From the IMG/VR virus record IMGVR_UViG_3300035162_000704, positions 1-34,557 of that record: a stretch of DNA of 34,557 nucleotides, one strand, 5' to 3'. Shown piece after piece: positions 6,701 to 16,075 of this stretch. Below the pieces are notes generated by a model. The model saw only the letters and a program-made list of their open reading frames with translations. It had not been told where the DNA came from and did no database searches. Both the position numbers and the translations under genes were made by a program. Origin of the DNA: a virus. The number at the start of each line of letters is the position of its first letter. Position 1 is the stretch's first letter.

Positions 6701-8783
6701 CAGCGAAATACAAGATGCCATTGGGTATCTTGAGACCGAAACCGTTGAGGCTAGGCGTGACGCTTTACGCTCTTACCTGCGCCGACCTTATGGCAATGAG
6801 GTAGAAGGCAAGTCCTCTATAGTTACGGGTGAAGTGGCTGAAGCTATTGATGGCGCATTGCCCAGCTTAGTACGCATTTTCACAGGCTCTGATGAGATTA
6901 CCCAGTTTGATCCAGTTGCACAACGTGATGAGGCTTCAGCCAAGCAAGCCACAGACTACTGCAATTATGTCTTCTTGAAAGAAAACCACGGCGCAATAAT
7001 CCTGCATGACTGGATTAAAGACGCGCTGTTGCAGAAGGTCGGCATTGTCAAGGCATACTGGGAAGACAAGATTGACGTATCCAAAGAAACCTACGAAGGT
7101 CTAAGCGACGACGAAATCACGATCTTGCTGTCTGACAAGGACATTGAGATTGCTGAACAAGACACTGAGGAATTCCCAGTTCTTGACCAAATGGGCATGC
7201 AGGTGTTTGATGAGACGGGTATGCCGGTTGTTTACGGTGTACACAACGTCACAATCAAGCACAAAGAAAAGAGTGGCAAGGTAACGATTGAGAACGTCCC
7301 ACCAGAGGAGTTCTTAATATCGAAACGCGCCAAGACCATTGAAGACGCACCTTTTGTGGCTCACCGTCGCAATATCAGGCGTGGCGATCTAATCGCAATG
7401 GGATTTGATGAAGACATTGTTGAGACGCTATCCGCAAGCAGTGGCTTGATTTATCAAGCTGAACTGTTGACACGGTACGACAACAGCGAAATCCCAGACG
7501 AAAACAGCGCCTTGGATGAGTCAATGCAAGAGGTCGAGGTGTTTGAGTGCTACCTGCGTACCGACCAGAACAACGACGGCATACCAGAGCTACGACAAGT
7601 ATTCTTTGCTGACAACAAGATTTTGTCTGATGAGGAATGTGATTACATCCCTTTCTACTCAATTTGCCCAATTCCAATCCCGCACAAGTTTTTTGGCCAG
7701 TCACTAGCTGACAGGACAATGGACATCCAACTGATTAAGACGACTATCATGCGCCAGACGCTTGATAACCTGTACTTAACCAACAATGCAAGGGTCGTGG
7801 CTGTTGAGGGTCAAGTTAACTTAGATGACCTGCTAACCAGTACGGCTGGCGGCGTTATTCGTGCTAAGTCGCAAGGCGCAGTGCAGCAATTGGTTGTGCA
7901 AAACGTTGCCGCCCAGTCTTTCCCCATGCTGGAATACTTAGACCAAGTACAAGCTAAACGAACGGGCGTGTCAGATGCAAGCCAAGGTTTAGATGCTTCA
8001 GTGCTGCAAAACGTCACAGCCGCAGCTATTGCGTCTATGCAACAAAGTGGCGCAGGCAAGATTGAAATGATCGCTCGCATATTTGCTGAGACGGGTGTAA
8101 GAAACCTGTTCAAAGGGATCATGCATCTGGTAACAAAGTACCAGAACAAAGAAAAGATTATCCGATTGCGTGGCGAATATATCCCAATTGACCCACGCAC
8201 ATGGGCTACCGCCTACGATGTAACAGTCAACGTTGGCATTGGGGCTGGTGGTAATCGCCAAGAGCAGATGGCCACTCTAAACATGATTTCTACAAAGCAA
8301 GAGCAAATGCTGGCGGCTTATGGCCCAGCCAACCCATTTGTGTCTCCTGCCCAGTACCGCAACACTTTGGGTCGCATGGTCGAGGCGGCTGGCTTTAAGG
8401 ACTCCAACGAGTTCTACAAGCCAATTACTGCGGAACAAGACCAGCAGTTGAGCAACCCACCACCACAGCAGCCACAGCAAGACCCTGCGATGCAAATGGC
8501 ACAAGCCAAGATGCAGGCTGATTTGCAGATGGCTCAGGCTAAAATGCAGGCAGACATCCAACTGCAACAGGTCAAGGCTGAAGCCCAGATTGACTTGGAG
8601 CGCCAGAAGGCGGCTGCTGATTTGCAATTAGAGCGTGAGAAGTTTGCTATGCAGACCAAGCAGGCTGAGGCTGAGTTTGTGATGAAGACCAGACAGAAAG
8701 AGGCTGAGTTCCAAGCTGAGGTGCAAATCAAGACTGCAAAGGCAATGGCTGGCTTGCAGACCTCTGGCCAAATAATAGGGTAA
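6666..8783 (+). CDS. Portal protein with a long C-terminal coiled-coil (barrel-like) extension
   Basis: Position after terL, about 705 aa. I prefer ATG 6666 (AAGGA SD) over the track start at 6642. The C-terminus is Q/A/K/E-rich heptad-like sequence containing a tandem QMAQAKMQAD[LI] duplication. Confidence 0.85.
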   Translation: MKQSNDLKAIVDSEIQDAIGYLETETVEARRDALRSYLRRPYGNEVEGKSSIVTGEVAEAIDGALPSLVRIFTGSDEITQFDPVAQRDEASAKQATDYCNYVFLKENHGAIILHDWIKDALLQKVGIVKAYWEDKIDVSKETYEGLSDDEITILLSDKDIEIAEQDTEEFPVLDQMGMQVFDETGMPVVYGVHNVTIKHKEKSGKVTIENVPPEEFLISKRAKTIEDAPFVAHRRNIRRGDLIAMGFDEDIVETLSASSGLIYQAELLTRYDNSEIPDENSALDESMQEVEVFECYLRTDQNNDGIPELRQVFFADNKILSDEECDYIPFYSICPIPIPHKFFGQSLADRTMDIQLIKTTIMRQTLDNLYLTNNARVVAVEGQVNLDDLLTSTAGGVIRAKSQGAVQQLVVQNVAAQSFPMLEYLDQVQAKRTGVSDASQGLDASVLQNVTAAAIASMQQSGAGKIEMIARIFAETGVRNLFKGIMHLVTKYQNKEKIIRLRGEYIPIDPRTWATAYDVTVNVGIGAGGNRQEQMATLNMISTKQEQMLAAYGPANPFVSPAQYRNTLGRMVEAAGFKDSNEFYKPITAEQDQQLSNPPPQQPQQDPAMQMAQAKMQADLQMAQAKMQADIQLQQVKAEAQIDLERQKAAADLQLEREKFAMQTKQAEAEFVMKTRQKEAEFQAEVQIKTAKAMAGLQTSGQIIG

Positions 8784-8787
8784 AGCA

Positions 8788-10548
8788 ATGGCTACAATGA
8801 ATACGTCGAACGCACCTAATCTGTTAAGCACGCCTAATCAGGCTGGCCAGTTAAATGCACCTACCTCGCTATTGCAATCTCAACAGCCGATGTCTGGGCT
8901 GCTTAATTCCTCGTACTTTCCCGTTTCTAAACAGATGGGTCAGCCGGGGCAAGCAAACGACTTGATAAATATTACTCAGAACGCAGGCCAAGGCCCACAG
9001 TTGCAGAATGTCATTAACGCAGTGCAAGCTCAGTACAACCCAGAGACTTACACCGCAAACGGTCAAAGCTACGGGGCTGGGCGGTTTATGCAACCAACAG
9101 ACTTTGGCGCATTTACACCAGCGACATCACCGACTCCTGTGTTTTCGTTTACTCCGAGTGTGTTTGATATAAACAACTACCCAGCGCTTTCAAATATGCC
9201 AGCCGCGCCAGTAGTAGAGCCACCTATAATTGCCCCGGTTACAAATACAAGTGATGGCGGGTCAATCGACTATTCTTTACCGGAAACTAACACACCATTT
9301 AACTCAACAGGTCAACCCGGCGAACAAGCTAATGATTCTGCTTATGATCCGTATGATGCATTAATAAACCCATCAAGCAATTTAAGAACTGCTGCGGCTG
9401 CTATTCCGGGAATAGGTGGATTGGTGTCTCTGGGTCTTGGGGCTAAAGAAGGATGGGACAACGCAGCCGCAGCTAATGCTTTGGCAACGGGTATAGCGGC
9501 GTATGGTGAAGATGTGTCAGACCTGACAACAAATCGTTATACGGCGGCTATAGCCAAAGCGTTTGGGATTGATACCACAGGAATTCAAGCAGCAAAAGCA
9601 TTGGTAGGCCCAGATGGGACTTACAGCAGCGTTGAGAACTTATACGGGGATTTAACCGCTACAAATGACCCAACTGTTAAAGGTATAGTTGATTTTGTTA
9701 GCACTCGCAATGGCGCCCCTCAAAACGCTAATGCGGCTGGGAAACTTGGTTTTGACATTAGCACGCAAATACATTCAGTTATCGCTAGTCAGCGTGGTAT
9801 GGGCTTAAACGAGGCTGTTGCAATAGTTGCTCAAGCAAATGGTATGACTGCGGAACAGGCTACGGCACTTGCAGCCAATTTACCGCCTGATTCAATGATG
9901 CAAGAAGTGGCCAACAATCTGAACACTGGGGCAATGCCTGTTGTAAACGACACAACCGGATTATTAGGATCAACCGTTGATACATCTGTAGGCTTGCCAT
10001 CGCTACCCAACGTGTTTTCAGAGACATCAGCGCCGCCAGACTCAGTTACTAGAAGCCCTGCCACACCAAGACCGTCAGTGCAGGAATTTACGCCTGCTGA
10101 AAAAGCTGAATTTAATGATGCAATAGTGGCGGCGGCGGCGGTTGAGGGTAAGACCGTTCAGCAAAAGGCTTTAGAGGTTGCTATAAAGCAAGGCTACACA
10201 ATGTCTGAAGTTGACACAATGCTAGGTTTAACATCGGGATATGCTGCAAACTACGAGGCAACCGGTTTTTCTCAAGACGTAGCAAACTCTACCGCTAACA
10301 AAGCGATGTCACAAGCAGCAGCAGCAGTTGCAGCCGCAGGTGGCAATGTATCTAAGTCTCAAGCAGAAGCTATTGCTAACGCTACAGACGACCCAGTTGC
10401 GGCAATGATTGAGATTACGAAGAACGCGAATTACAACCAAAACAGCGGCAGCAGTGGATTCAGTGGTATGACTCCGGGTAATGCTGTGACAGACAGTTCT
10501 GGCCAAGCAGTCCGCACCGTTAATGGTGGCTATGTAACATCAGGCTAA
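8788..10548 (+). CDS. Low-complexity A/G/T/N/Q-rich virion-module protein (586 aa), function unknown
   Basis: Long ORF between the portal and scaffold genes. No recognisable catalytic motif. Confidence 0.7.
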   Translation: MATMNTSNAPNLLSTPNQAGQLNAPTSLLQSQQPMSGLLNSSYFPVSKQMGQPGQANDLINITQNAGQGPQLQNVINAVQAQYNPETYTANGQSYGAGRFMQPTDFGAFTPATSPTPVFSFTPSVFDINNYPALSNMPAAPVVEPPIIAPVTNTSDGGSIDYSLPETNTPFNSTGQPGEQANDSAYDPYDALINPSSNLRTAAAAIPGIGGLVSLGLGAKEGWDNAAAANALATGIAAYGEDVSDLTTNRYTAAIAKAFGIDTTGIQAAKALVGPDGTYSSVENLYGDLTATNDPTVKGIVDFVSTRNGAPQNANAAGKLGFDISTQIHSVIASQRGMGLNEAVAIVAQANGMTAEQATALAANLPPDSMMQEVANNLNTGAMPVVNDTTGLLGSTVDTSVGLPSLPNVFSETSAPPDSVTRSPATPRPSVQEFTPAEKAEFNDAIVAAAAVEGKTVQQKALEVAIKQGYTMSEVDTMLGLTSGYAANYEATGFSQDVANSTANKAMSQAAAAVAAAGGNVSKSQAEAIANATDDPVAAMIEITKNANYNQNSGSSGFSGMTPGNAVTDSSGQAVRTVNGGYVTSG

Positions 10549-10564
10549 CCATAACAGGATTTAA

Positions 10565-10795
10565 ATGGACAGAATAGAACGAGCAACGCATTTACTGCAA
10601 GACGAATTCTTTGTTAGCGTAATGGCCGCATTGAAAGAAACTGAAATAAATGCTATCATTAACTCAAATGAGAATGATTGCGACTTACGTGAAAGCTCTT
10701 ATAAAACCATTAAGGTACTTGATACTTTGGTTGCGCACATACAGTCTATTGCAGACGGTGCAAAACTACGTGACAAGCGCTGGACGATTCTGTAA
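10565..10795 (+). CDS. Hypothetical head-module protein (76 aa)
   Basis: AGGA SD. ORF lies between the 586-aa protein and the scaffold gene. Confidence 0.6.
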   Translation: MDRIERATHLLQDEFFVSVMAALKETEINAIINSNENDCDLRESSYKTIKVLDTLVAHIQSIADGAKLRDKRWTIL

Positions 10796-10850
10796 CTACT
10801 GTAGTTACGAACGGATGACAGACCGTATCTGTTGAAAATTGGATTGAATT

Positions 10851-11828
10851 ATGGCAGACACCAACCCATCCGGGAGTGAAGCTCTAAATGTTAGCTCTGC
10901 GGCAGAGGCGTTTTTAGGATTAATGGGCGATGATGAGGGAGCTGATAGCCAACCCGAACTCGAACAAGATTCTGAGGAAGTAACTGTTGATGAAGCGGAT
11001 GAGTCTAGTGATTCTGAGGAAAGTCAAGAATACGAAGATGAATCCGAAGATGAATCTGATGAACCTAAGCCTGAACCCACGCGGTACAAGGTAAAGGCCG
11101 CTGGCGAAGAAGTCGAGGTCGAACTCGATGAACTCATTGCTGGCTACCAGAGAAGCAAGGACTATACACAAAAATCCCAAACACTTGCAGAGGCTCGTAA
11201 GTCTTTAGAGACTCAACAAGCACAAGTGGCAGAAATACAAAGAGAGCGCGAGGCGTACTCACAACGGCTAACAGCTATAGATAATTTCTTAGCCAAGCAA
11301 GAAGTGAGTCGAGAAAATATAGCGGAGTTGAAAGAGACTGACCCAATCGGCTATGCGATTGCAACAGCAGACCAGTATGAGCGAGATAAGCAACGCGAAG
11401 CGGTACGAGTAGAGCAAGCCGGGATTGCTGAAAAGCAACGATCCGACCACTCTGCGGGACTGCAAGCACACTTACAACGTGAGTCACAACTGTTAACTGA
11501 GGCAATCCCAGAAATGGCTGGCGAAGGTGGCAACAAGTTAAAGCAAGAGGTTATGGCCTATGCAAAGACTAAGGGCTACACAGACGAGCAGATTGGAAAA
11601 CTATATGACCATCGCGCAGTGGTCGCATTGCATGGGGCAATGAAATGGGAAGCGTTGCAGAAATCAAAACCAGAGGCGATGAAACGGGTGCAGGCCGCAC
11701 CTAAAGTGCTAAAGGCAGGAACTGCACCACCTTCAACAACCGGGCAACGCGACAAGCAAACTATGGCGCGGCTAAAGCAATCTGGACGAATCCAAGACGC
11801 AGCAGCCGCTTTTGAACGATTCTTGTAA
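10851..11828 (+). CDS. Scaffolding protein
   Basis: Immediately upstream of the capsid gene. Strongly acidic N-terminus (DESSDSEESQEYEDESEDESDE) followed by a long helical, coiled-coil-like sequence. Confidence 0.7.
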   Translation: MADTNPSGSEALNVSSAAEAFLGLMGDDEGADSQPELEQDSEEVTVDEADESSDSEESQEYEDESEDESDEPKPEPTRYKVKAAGEEVEVELDELIAGYQRSKDYTQKSQTLAEARKSLETQQAQVAEIQREREAYSQRLTAIDNFLAKQEVSRENIAELKETDPIGYAIATADQYERDKQREAVRVEQAGIAEKQRSDHSAGLQAHLQRESQLLTEAIPEMAGEGGNKLKQEVMAYAKTKGYTDEQIGKLYDHRAVVALHGAMKWEALQKSKPEAMKRVQAAPKVLKAGTAPPSTTGQRDKQTMARLKQSGRIQDAAAAFERFL

Positions 11829-11849
11829 TTTATATTTGGAGTTACACAA

Positions 11850-12791
11850 ATGGCTGTTTATCAAACCTATACCGCAATTGGACAACGTGAAGACTTGTCC
11901 GACGTAATTGCGAACATCTCACCAACAGATACGCCTCTCATGTCCACAGTGGGCAAGACCAAGGCAACCGCTACTTACCATGAGTGGCAGACCGATTCAC
12001 TCGCAGACGCAGCATTGGGCGGCGCAGTCGAGGGCGCAGACGCTACCAGCGCAACGATGAATCCAACAACCCGTATTGGCAACCGTACACAGATTTTCCA
12101 AAAGACAATCGCTGTTGCTAACACATTGGATGCAGTCAACAAGGCCGGTCGCAAGTCAGAAAAGGCTTACCAATTGGCCAAGGCTTCATCTGAAGTTAAG
12201 CGCAATATCGAGTTGTCACTGTTGAGCAACCAAGTAACTAGTGCTGGTACTGCAACCCAAGCTCGTATCATGGGCGGCTTGCAAACATGGATTTCAACCA
12301 ACGGCGTATTTAATGACGGCACTACAGGCTCAGGCGGCACAACTGCCCGTGTCGAAGGTACTGGCCAGACATTTACAGAAGCCATGTTGAAAGAAGTCGT
12401 TAAGGAAGTCTACGCAAGCGGCGGCAAGCCTACTATCCTGATGGTTAGCCCTGCACACAAGCAAGTGGTTAGCACTTTCGCAGGTATTGCTGCCCAACGC
12501 TACGAAGCTCCTAAGTCTTCAGCCACAACCATCATCGGTGCTGCTGACGTTTACTTGAGCGATTTTGGCACAATGTCTGTTGTTCCTAACCGCTTTATGA
12601 ACGCCGCTAATCAGGGTGATACTTGTGCTTTGGTACTTGACCCAGACTACGCTTCAGTAAGCTACTTGCGTCCTTTCTCAACCAGCGAATTGGCACGCAC
12701 TGGTGACTCTGAAAAGACACAAATCATCTGTGAGTTGACTCTGGAAGTTAAGAACGAAGCCGCTCACGGCATCATTGGCGACTTGTTGTAA
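11850..12791 (+). CDS. Major capsid protein (HK97 fold, SU10-type family)
   Basis: N-terminal signature YTAIGQREDLSDVIANISPTDTPLMSTVGKTKATATYHEWQTDSLA. GGAG SD. A strong terminator follows. Confidence 0.85.
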   Translation: MAVYQTYTAIGQREDLSDVIANISPTDTPLMSTVGKTKATATYHEWQTDSLADAALGGAVEGADATSATMNPTTRIGNRTQIFQKTIAVANTLDAVNKAGRKSEKAYQLAKASSEVKRNIELSLLSNQVTSAGTATQARIMGGLQTWISTNGVFNDGTTGSGGTTARVEGTGQTFTEAMLKEVVKEVYASGGKPTILMVSPAHKQVVSTFAGIAAQRYEAPKSSATTIIGAADVYLSDFGTMSVVPNRFMNAANQGDTCALVLDPDYASVSYLRPFSTSELARTGDSEKTQIICELTLEVKNEAAHGIIGDLL

Positions 12792-12808
12792 TCTTTCGCG
12801 AATGAATG

Positions 12809-12846
12809 AAGCCCCACTGTTATGAGCGCTGGGGCTTTTTTCTTTT
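12809..12846 (+). terminator. Rho-independent terminator after the capsid gene
   Basis: AAGCCCCA-ctgttatgagcgc-TGGGGCTT followed by a T-run. Confidence 0.8.
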
Positions 12847-12854
12847 CCACAATG

Positions 12855-12864
12855 TTGGTAAAAT
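12855..12864 (+). promoter_or_regulatory. Candidate extended -10 promoter TTGgTAAAAT
   Basis: Same decamer as at 2836. The hexamer ends 6 nt before ATG 12871, which has no SD, so the transcript could be leaderless. Confidence 0.45.
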
Positions 12865-12870
12865 GGCTTT

Positions 12871-13176
12871 ATGGATAAAATACGACACTCACAAGCAACG
12901 GCTGATGGCGATGGTGGCTTAATCATTAAGACCAGCCAAGACGTTAGCGCAATACTTGAGCAAAATCGGGCAGAGTACAACGCGCACGATGAACGGTCTA
13001 AGTGGTCGGATCATCTGTTTGGAAATAAAGTTGCGTCGATTCCACTTACTGTGATAGACGATTTAAACAAAAGCGGGATTATGCGCGGCTTCCATGTTGT
13101 TGACCAAAAGCGATTTACATCGTGGCTTAACGATTCTGAAAACCGCTTCTTTCGCACAAGGCCGGGAGTTATCTAA
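12871..13176 (+). CDS. Hypothetical virion-module protein (101 aa)
   Basis: ORF directly after the capsid terminator. TAATG coupling to the next gene. Confidence 0.65.
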   Translation: MDKIRHSQATADGDGGLIIKTSQDVSAILEQNRAEYNAHDERSKWSDHLFGNKVASIPLTVIDDLNKSGIMRGFHVVDQKRFTSWLNDSENRFFRTRPGVI

Positions 13177-13790
13177 TGGCAATGACAACGTATGCAGAAC
13201 TAAGCACATCGGTCGCTGGCTATTTAGCCCGTACAGATTTGACCGACCAAATCCCCGACTTCATTTCAATGGCAGAGTTGAGGATGCAGCGGGAATTACG
13301 CATACGTCAGATGCTAAAGTCGGTAACACTGACAGCTACAGGTGGCTCTAACCTGTTGGCACTGCCCTCAGACTTTATCCAAGTACGTGATCTGGTGGTG
13401 GTCGGCAACCCTGTCACGCCGCTGAACTTCTACGCCCCAAGTGCCTTGTCTCGCAATACGCGCACAGCACAAAGTGGCAAGCCTTTGGATTACACCTTAC
13501 TGGCCGACAATTTTCAGTTGTCACCAATTCCTGATAGCGCTTACAGCCTTGAACTGCTGTACTACGCCAAGCCTCCCGTGTTAAGCGACACAAACGCTAG
13601 TAATATATTTATGGCTACTGTGCCGGATATGCTGCTATATGCAACGCTTTTAGAGGCAGAGCCTTGGTTAATGAATGATGCGCGTGTCAGTACGTGGGTG
13701 TCCTTGTACGAGCGTGCTTCTATATCTGTAACCAAGTCAGATGAGACTGGGCAGTATTCTGGTGTCCCATTAGCCATTAAGGTGATCTGA
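13176..13790 (+). CDS. Putative head-tail adaptor protein
   Basis: Position and size (204 aa). The pattern LARTDLTDQIPDFISMAELRMQRELR...PDSAYSLELLYY is seen in phage adaptor-like proteins. Confidence 0.45.
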   Translation: MAMTTYAELSTSVAGYLARTDLTDQIPDFISMAELRMQRELRIRQMLKSVTLTATGGSNLLALPSDFIQVRDLVVVGNPVTPLNFYAPSALSRNTRTAQSGKPLDYTLLADNFQLSPIPDSAYSLELLYYAKPPVLSDTNASNIFMATVPDMLLYATLLEAEPWLMNDARVSTWVSLYERASISVTKSDETGQYSGVPLAIKVI

Positions 13791-15232
13791 TGGCAATGCA
13801 ACGCATATCCTTTAGTGAGTGGTTGCCAGACCAGCCCGGATTGTCGGGTGCGCTAACAACTGCCAGCAATGTGGTTAGTCAATCTATAGGTTACGGGCCA
13901 TTGCCCTTGCCCGTCAGTATTGCCGCCAGCGCAGACGAAACCCTGTACACACTGCACACCACTCAGAACGCCGCAGGCACGACATTGCTGTTTGCTGGTG
14001 GGACAACCAAGGTTTATCAAGTTTCACCAGTTGGCGCGTTTACAAACGTTTCTGGGACAACTTACGCAACACCAGTTAAAAACAGGATTCGGTTTACCCA
14101 GTTTGGTCGAAGCACTGTATTTGCCAATGACGCGGACAAAATCCAATACTTTGACAGCGGATCATCAACCGCCTTTGCTGACGTTGCCGCTGACGCTCCT
14201 ATTGCACGCTACATAACCGTAGTACGAGACTTTGTAGTAGTTGCCAATGAGCTAGTAAGCTCTGTACGCAAGCCATCACGGGTTAGGTGGTCAGGCATCA
14301 ATGATGAGACAACGTGGGCTTTTTCGCAGACCACACAGTCCGACTTTCAGGAAATCCCAGACGGTGGCAACATTGTAGGCATTACTGGGGGTGAGTTTGG
14401 CTTAATACTGATGGACAACGCGATTGTCAGAATGTCTTACATCGGCACACCGTTTGTGTTTCAGTTTGACAACATTAGTCGAGGCATCGGTTGCTTTGAA
14501 GAAAACACTGTCGCTCAATATCAGGGCATTACATTCTTTTTAAGCGCTGACGGCTTCTATATGTGCGATGGCCAACAGGTCACACCAATTGGCTCTGAGA
14601 AAGTTGACCGCCATTTCTTTGCAACGCTGACGCTAAGTGAGATACACACAATGTCAACGGCTATAGACCCAATCAGGAAACTGGTTGTCTGGTCGTACCC
14701 AACGGTAGGTAACAAGCGGAAACTTCTTATATACAACTTTAAGACGGGACGCTGGACAAGCGCCGATGCTGTTGTTGATTACCTGTCAGACGCATCTACT
14801 GGTGACATTACCCTAGAGCAACTGGACTCTATATCAGGCTCTTTAGACGATCTAGGCCAGTCATTAGACAGTTCAGCCTTCATTGGTGGGCAGCACTTTC
14901 TGGGTGGCACTAAAAACGCCGACATATTTAGCTTTACCGGATTACCTAGAACTGGGCTAATCCAAACCGGCGATATTGATGTTGGCGCTGCTTCTATGGT
15001 TAAGCTGGCTATGCCTCAAATAGATAACGGCTCTGCGTCGGTAGCTGTCGCATCACGCAACAGACTTGACGTTGAGGTAGTTTACCCCGCAGCCGTTGCC
15101 GCAAGCGATGAGAACCGCGTGTCATTACGCAGTCAAGGGCGTTACCACCGAATAAGTGTTACACCAACGGGTGATAACTGGAAGAACGCGATTGCCGTCG
15201 ATGTTGATATTGTCCCAACGGGTGCGCGCTAA
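13790..15232 (+). CDS. Putative tail tubular/nozzle-type structural protein (480 aa)
   Basis: TGATG coupling. Beta-rich repetitive sequence (WSGINDETTW, GGEFGLILMDNAIVRMSYIG, FFLSADGFYMCDG) resembles propeller-like podovirus tail proteins. Confidence 0.4.
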   Translation: MAMQRISFSEWLPDQPGLSGALTTASNVVSQSIGYGPLPLPVSIAASADETLYTLHTTQNAAGTTLLFAGGTTKVYQVSPVGAFTNVSGTTYATPVKNRIRFTQFGRSTVFANDADKIQYFDSGSSTAFADVAADAPIARYITVVRDFVVVANELVSSVRKPSRVRWSGINDETTWAFSQTTQSDFQEIPDGGNIVGITGGEFGLILMDNAIVRMSYIGTPFVFQFDNISRGIGCFEENTVAQYQGITFFLSADGFYMCDGQQVTPIGSEKVDRHFFATLTLSEIHTMSTAIDPIRKLVVWSYPTVGNKRKLLIYNFKTGRWTSADAVVDYLSDASTGDITLEQLDSISGSLDDLGQSLDSSAFIGGQHFLGGTKNADIFSFTGLPRTGLIQTGDIDVGAASMVKLAMPQIDNGSASVAVASRNRLDVEVVYPAAVAASDENRVSLRSQGRYHRISVTPTGDNWKNAIAVDVDIVPTGAR

Positions 15233-16014
15233 TGTTTAGAACCGTACCAGTTTTTGGCGCAGATCAACGCTCAGTTGCTGAGGTGTTGCGTAACGCTATG
15301 ATGGGCAAGACAAACAACACCGGATCAATTACACTTGCCACAGGTGGTGCATTGACTACAACGCTCTCAGACGAGCGTATTAGCCCAGACAGCAAGATAG
15401 TGTTGATTCCATTCTCTGACGCAGCAGAGAGCGATTCAATACCGTTTGCGGAGCTTTACTGTACGGCTGGCCAATCGGCGGCGGTAATTGACACGGCTTA
15501 CCCGCTTGGATTCAATACTACCCCAGCCTTAAATGGCGTAACGCTAACCAATACAAGTCGGATCAATGTATTAAACGCAGGCGAGTATTCGTTCAATGTT
15601 GGCTACCAACTGCAAAACACTGATAACGCGCAGCATGAAGTTAGTATTTGGTTTAGAAAAAATGGGGCGGACATTGCGTACAGTAACCGTTTAATCACTG
15701 TTCCGTCGCGAAAAAGCGCAACAATATTTGGTTTTACGTCCTCATCTACTGAGGTGTTTGCCGACCTTGCTGCTAACGATTATCTGGAAGTAGTGTGGTC
15801 TACCTCAAGCACTTTGGTGACGTTCTTTGCAACTGGCGCACAATCTAGCCCAACTAGACCGGAAACGCCTTGCAAATATGCGATGGTGAAATACATATCA
15901 CCAAGGTCGATTGCGGACGTTTATGTAAGCGCACAAGCAAAAGGGTCGGCTACTGTATCGCACTTTGCAAACAGTACGGCAGATAAAACCTATGGCTATA
16001 TAGTCATTGGTTGA
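15232..16014 (+). CDS. Structural protein with a C-terminal C1q/TNF-like jelly-roll-looking half
   Basis: TAATG coupling. The C-terminal half (INVLNAGEYSFNVGYQLQNTDNAQHEVSIWFRKNGADIAYSN...LAANDYLEVVW) shows a pattern typical of BclA/C1q-like knobs. Confidence 0.4.
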   Translation: MFRTVPVFGADQRSVAEVLRNAMMGKTNNTGSITLATGGALTTTLSDERISPDSKIVLIPFSDAAESDSIPFAELYCTAGQSAAVIDTAYPLGFNTTPALNGVTLTNTSRINVLNAGEYSFNVGYQLQNTDNAQHEVSIWFRKNGADIAYSNRLITVPSRKSATIFGFTSSSTEVFADLAANDYLEVVWSTSSTLVTFFATGAQSSPTRPETPCKYAMVKYISPRSIADVYVSAQAKGSATVSHFANSTADKTYGYIVIG

Positions 16015-16020
16015 AATTTA

Positions 16021-16029
16021 TTGTAAAAT
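16021..16029 (+). promoter_or_regulatory. Variant of the TTG(N)TAAAAT motif (TTGTAAAAT)
   Basis: Intergenic, 47 nt upstream of ATG 16076 (AAGGAA SD). It lacks the 1-nt spacer of a canonical extended -10. Confidence 0.3.
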
Positions 16030-16075
16030 GACTGTAGGACGACCGCCTACGAGTCCAAACTAAAAGGAATCCTTT

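Noticed and set aside
10792-10808. Perfect 17-bp palindrome GTAACTACTGTAGTTAC overlapping the stop codon of ORF 10565..10795
   Set aside because: It is AT-rich with a 1-3 nt loop, has no U-tract, is not repeated elsewhere, and has no matching regulator. It could be chance or a minor RNA hairpin, so the evidence is too weak to call.
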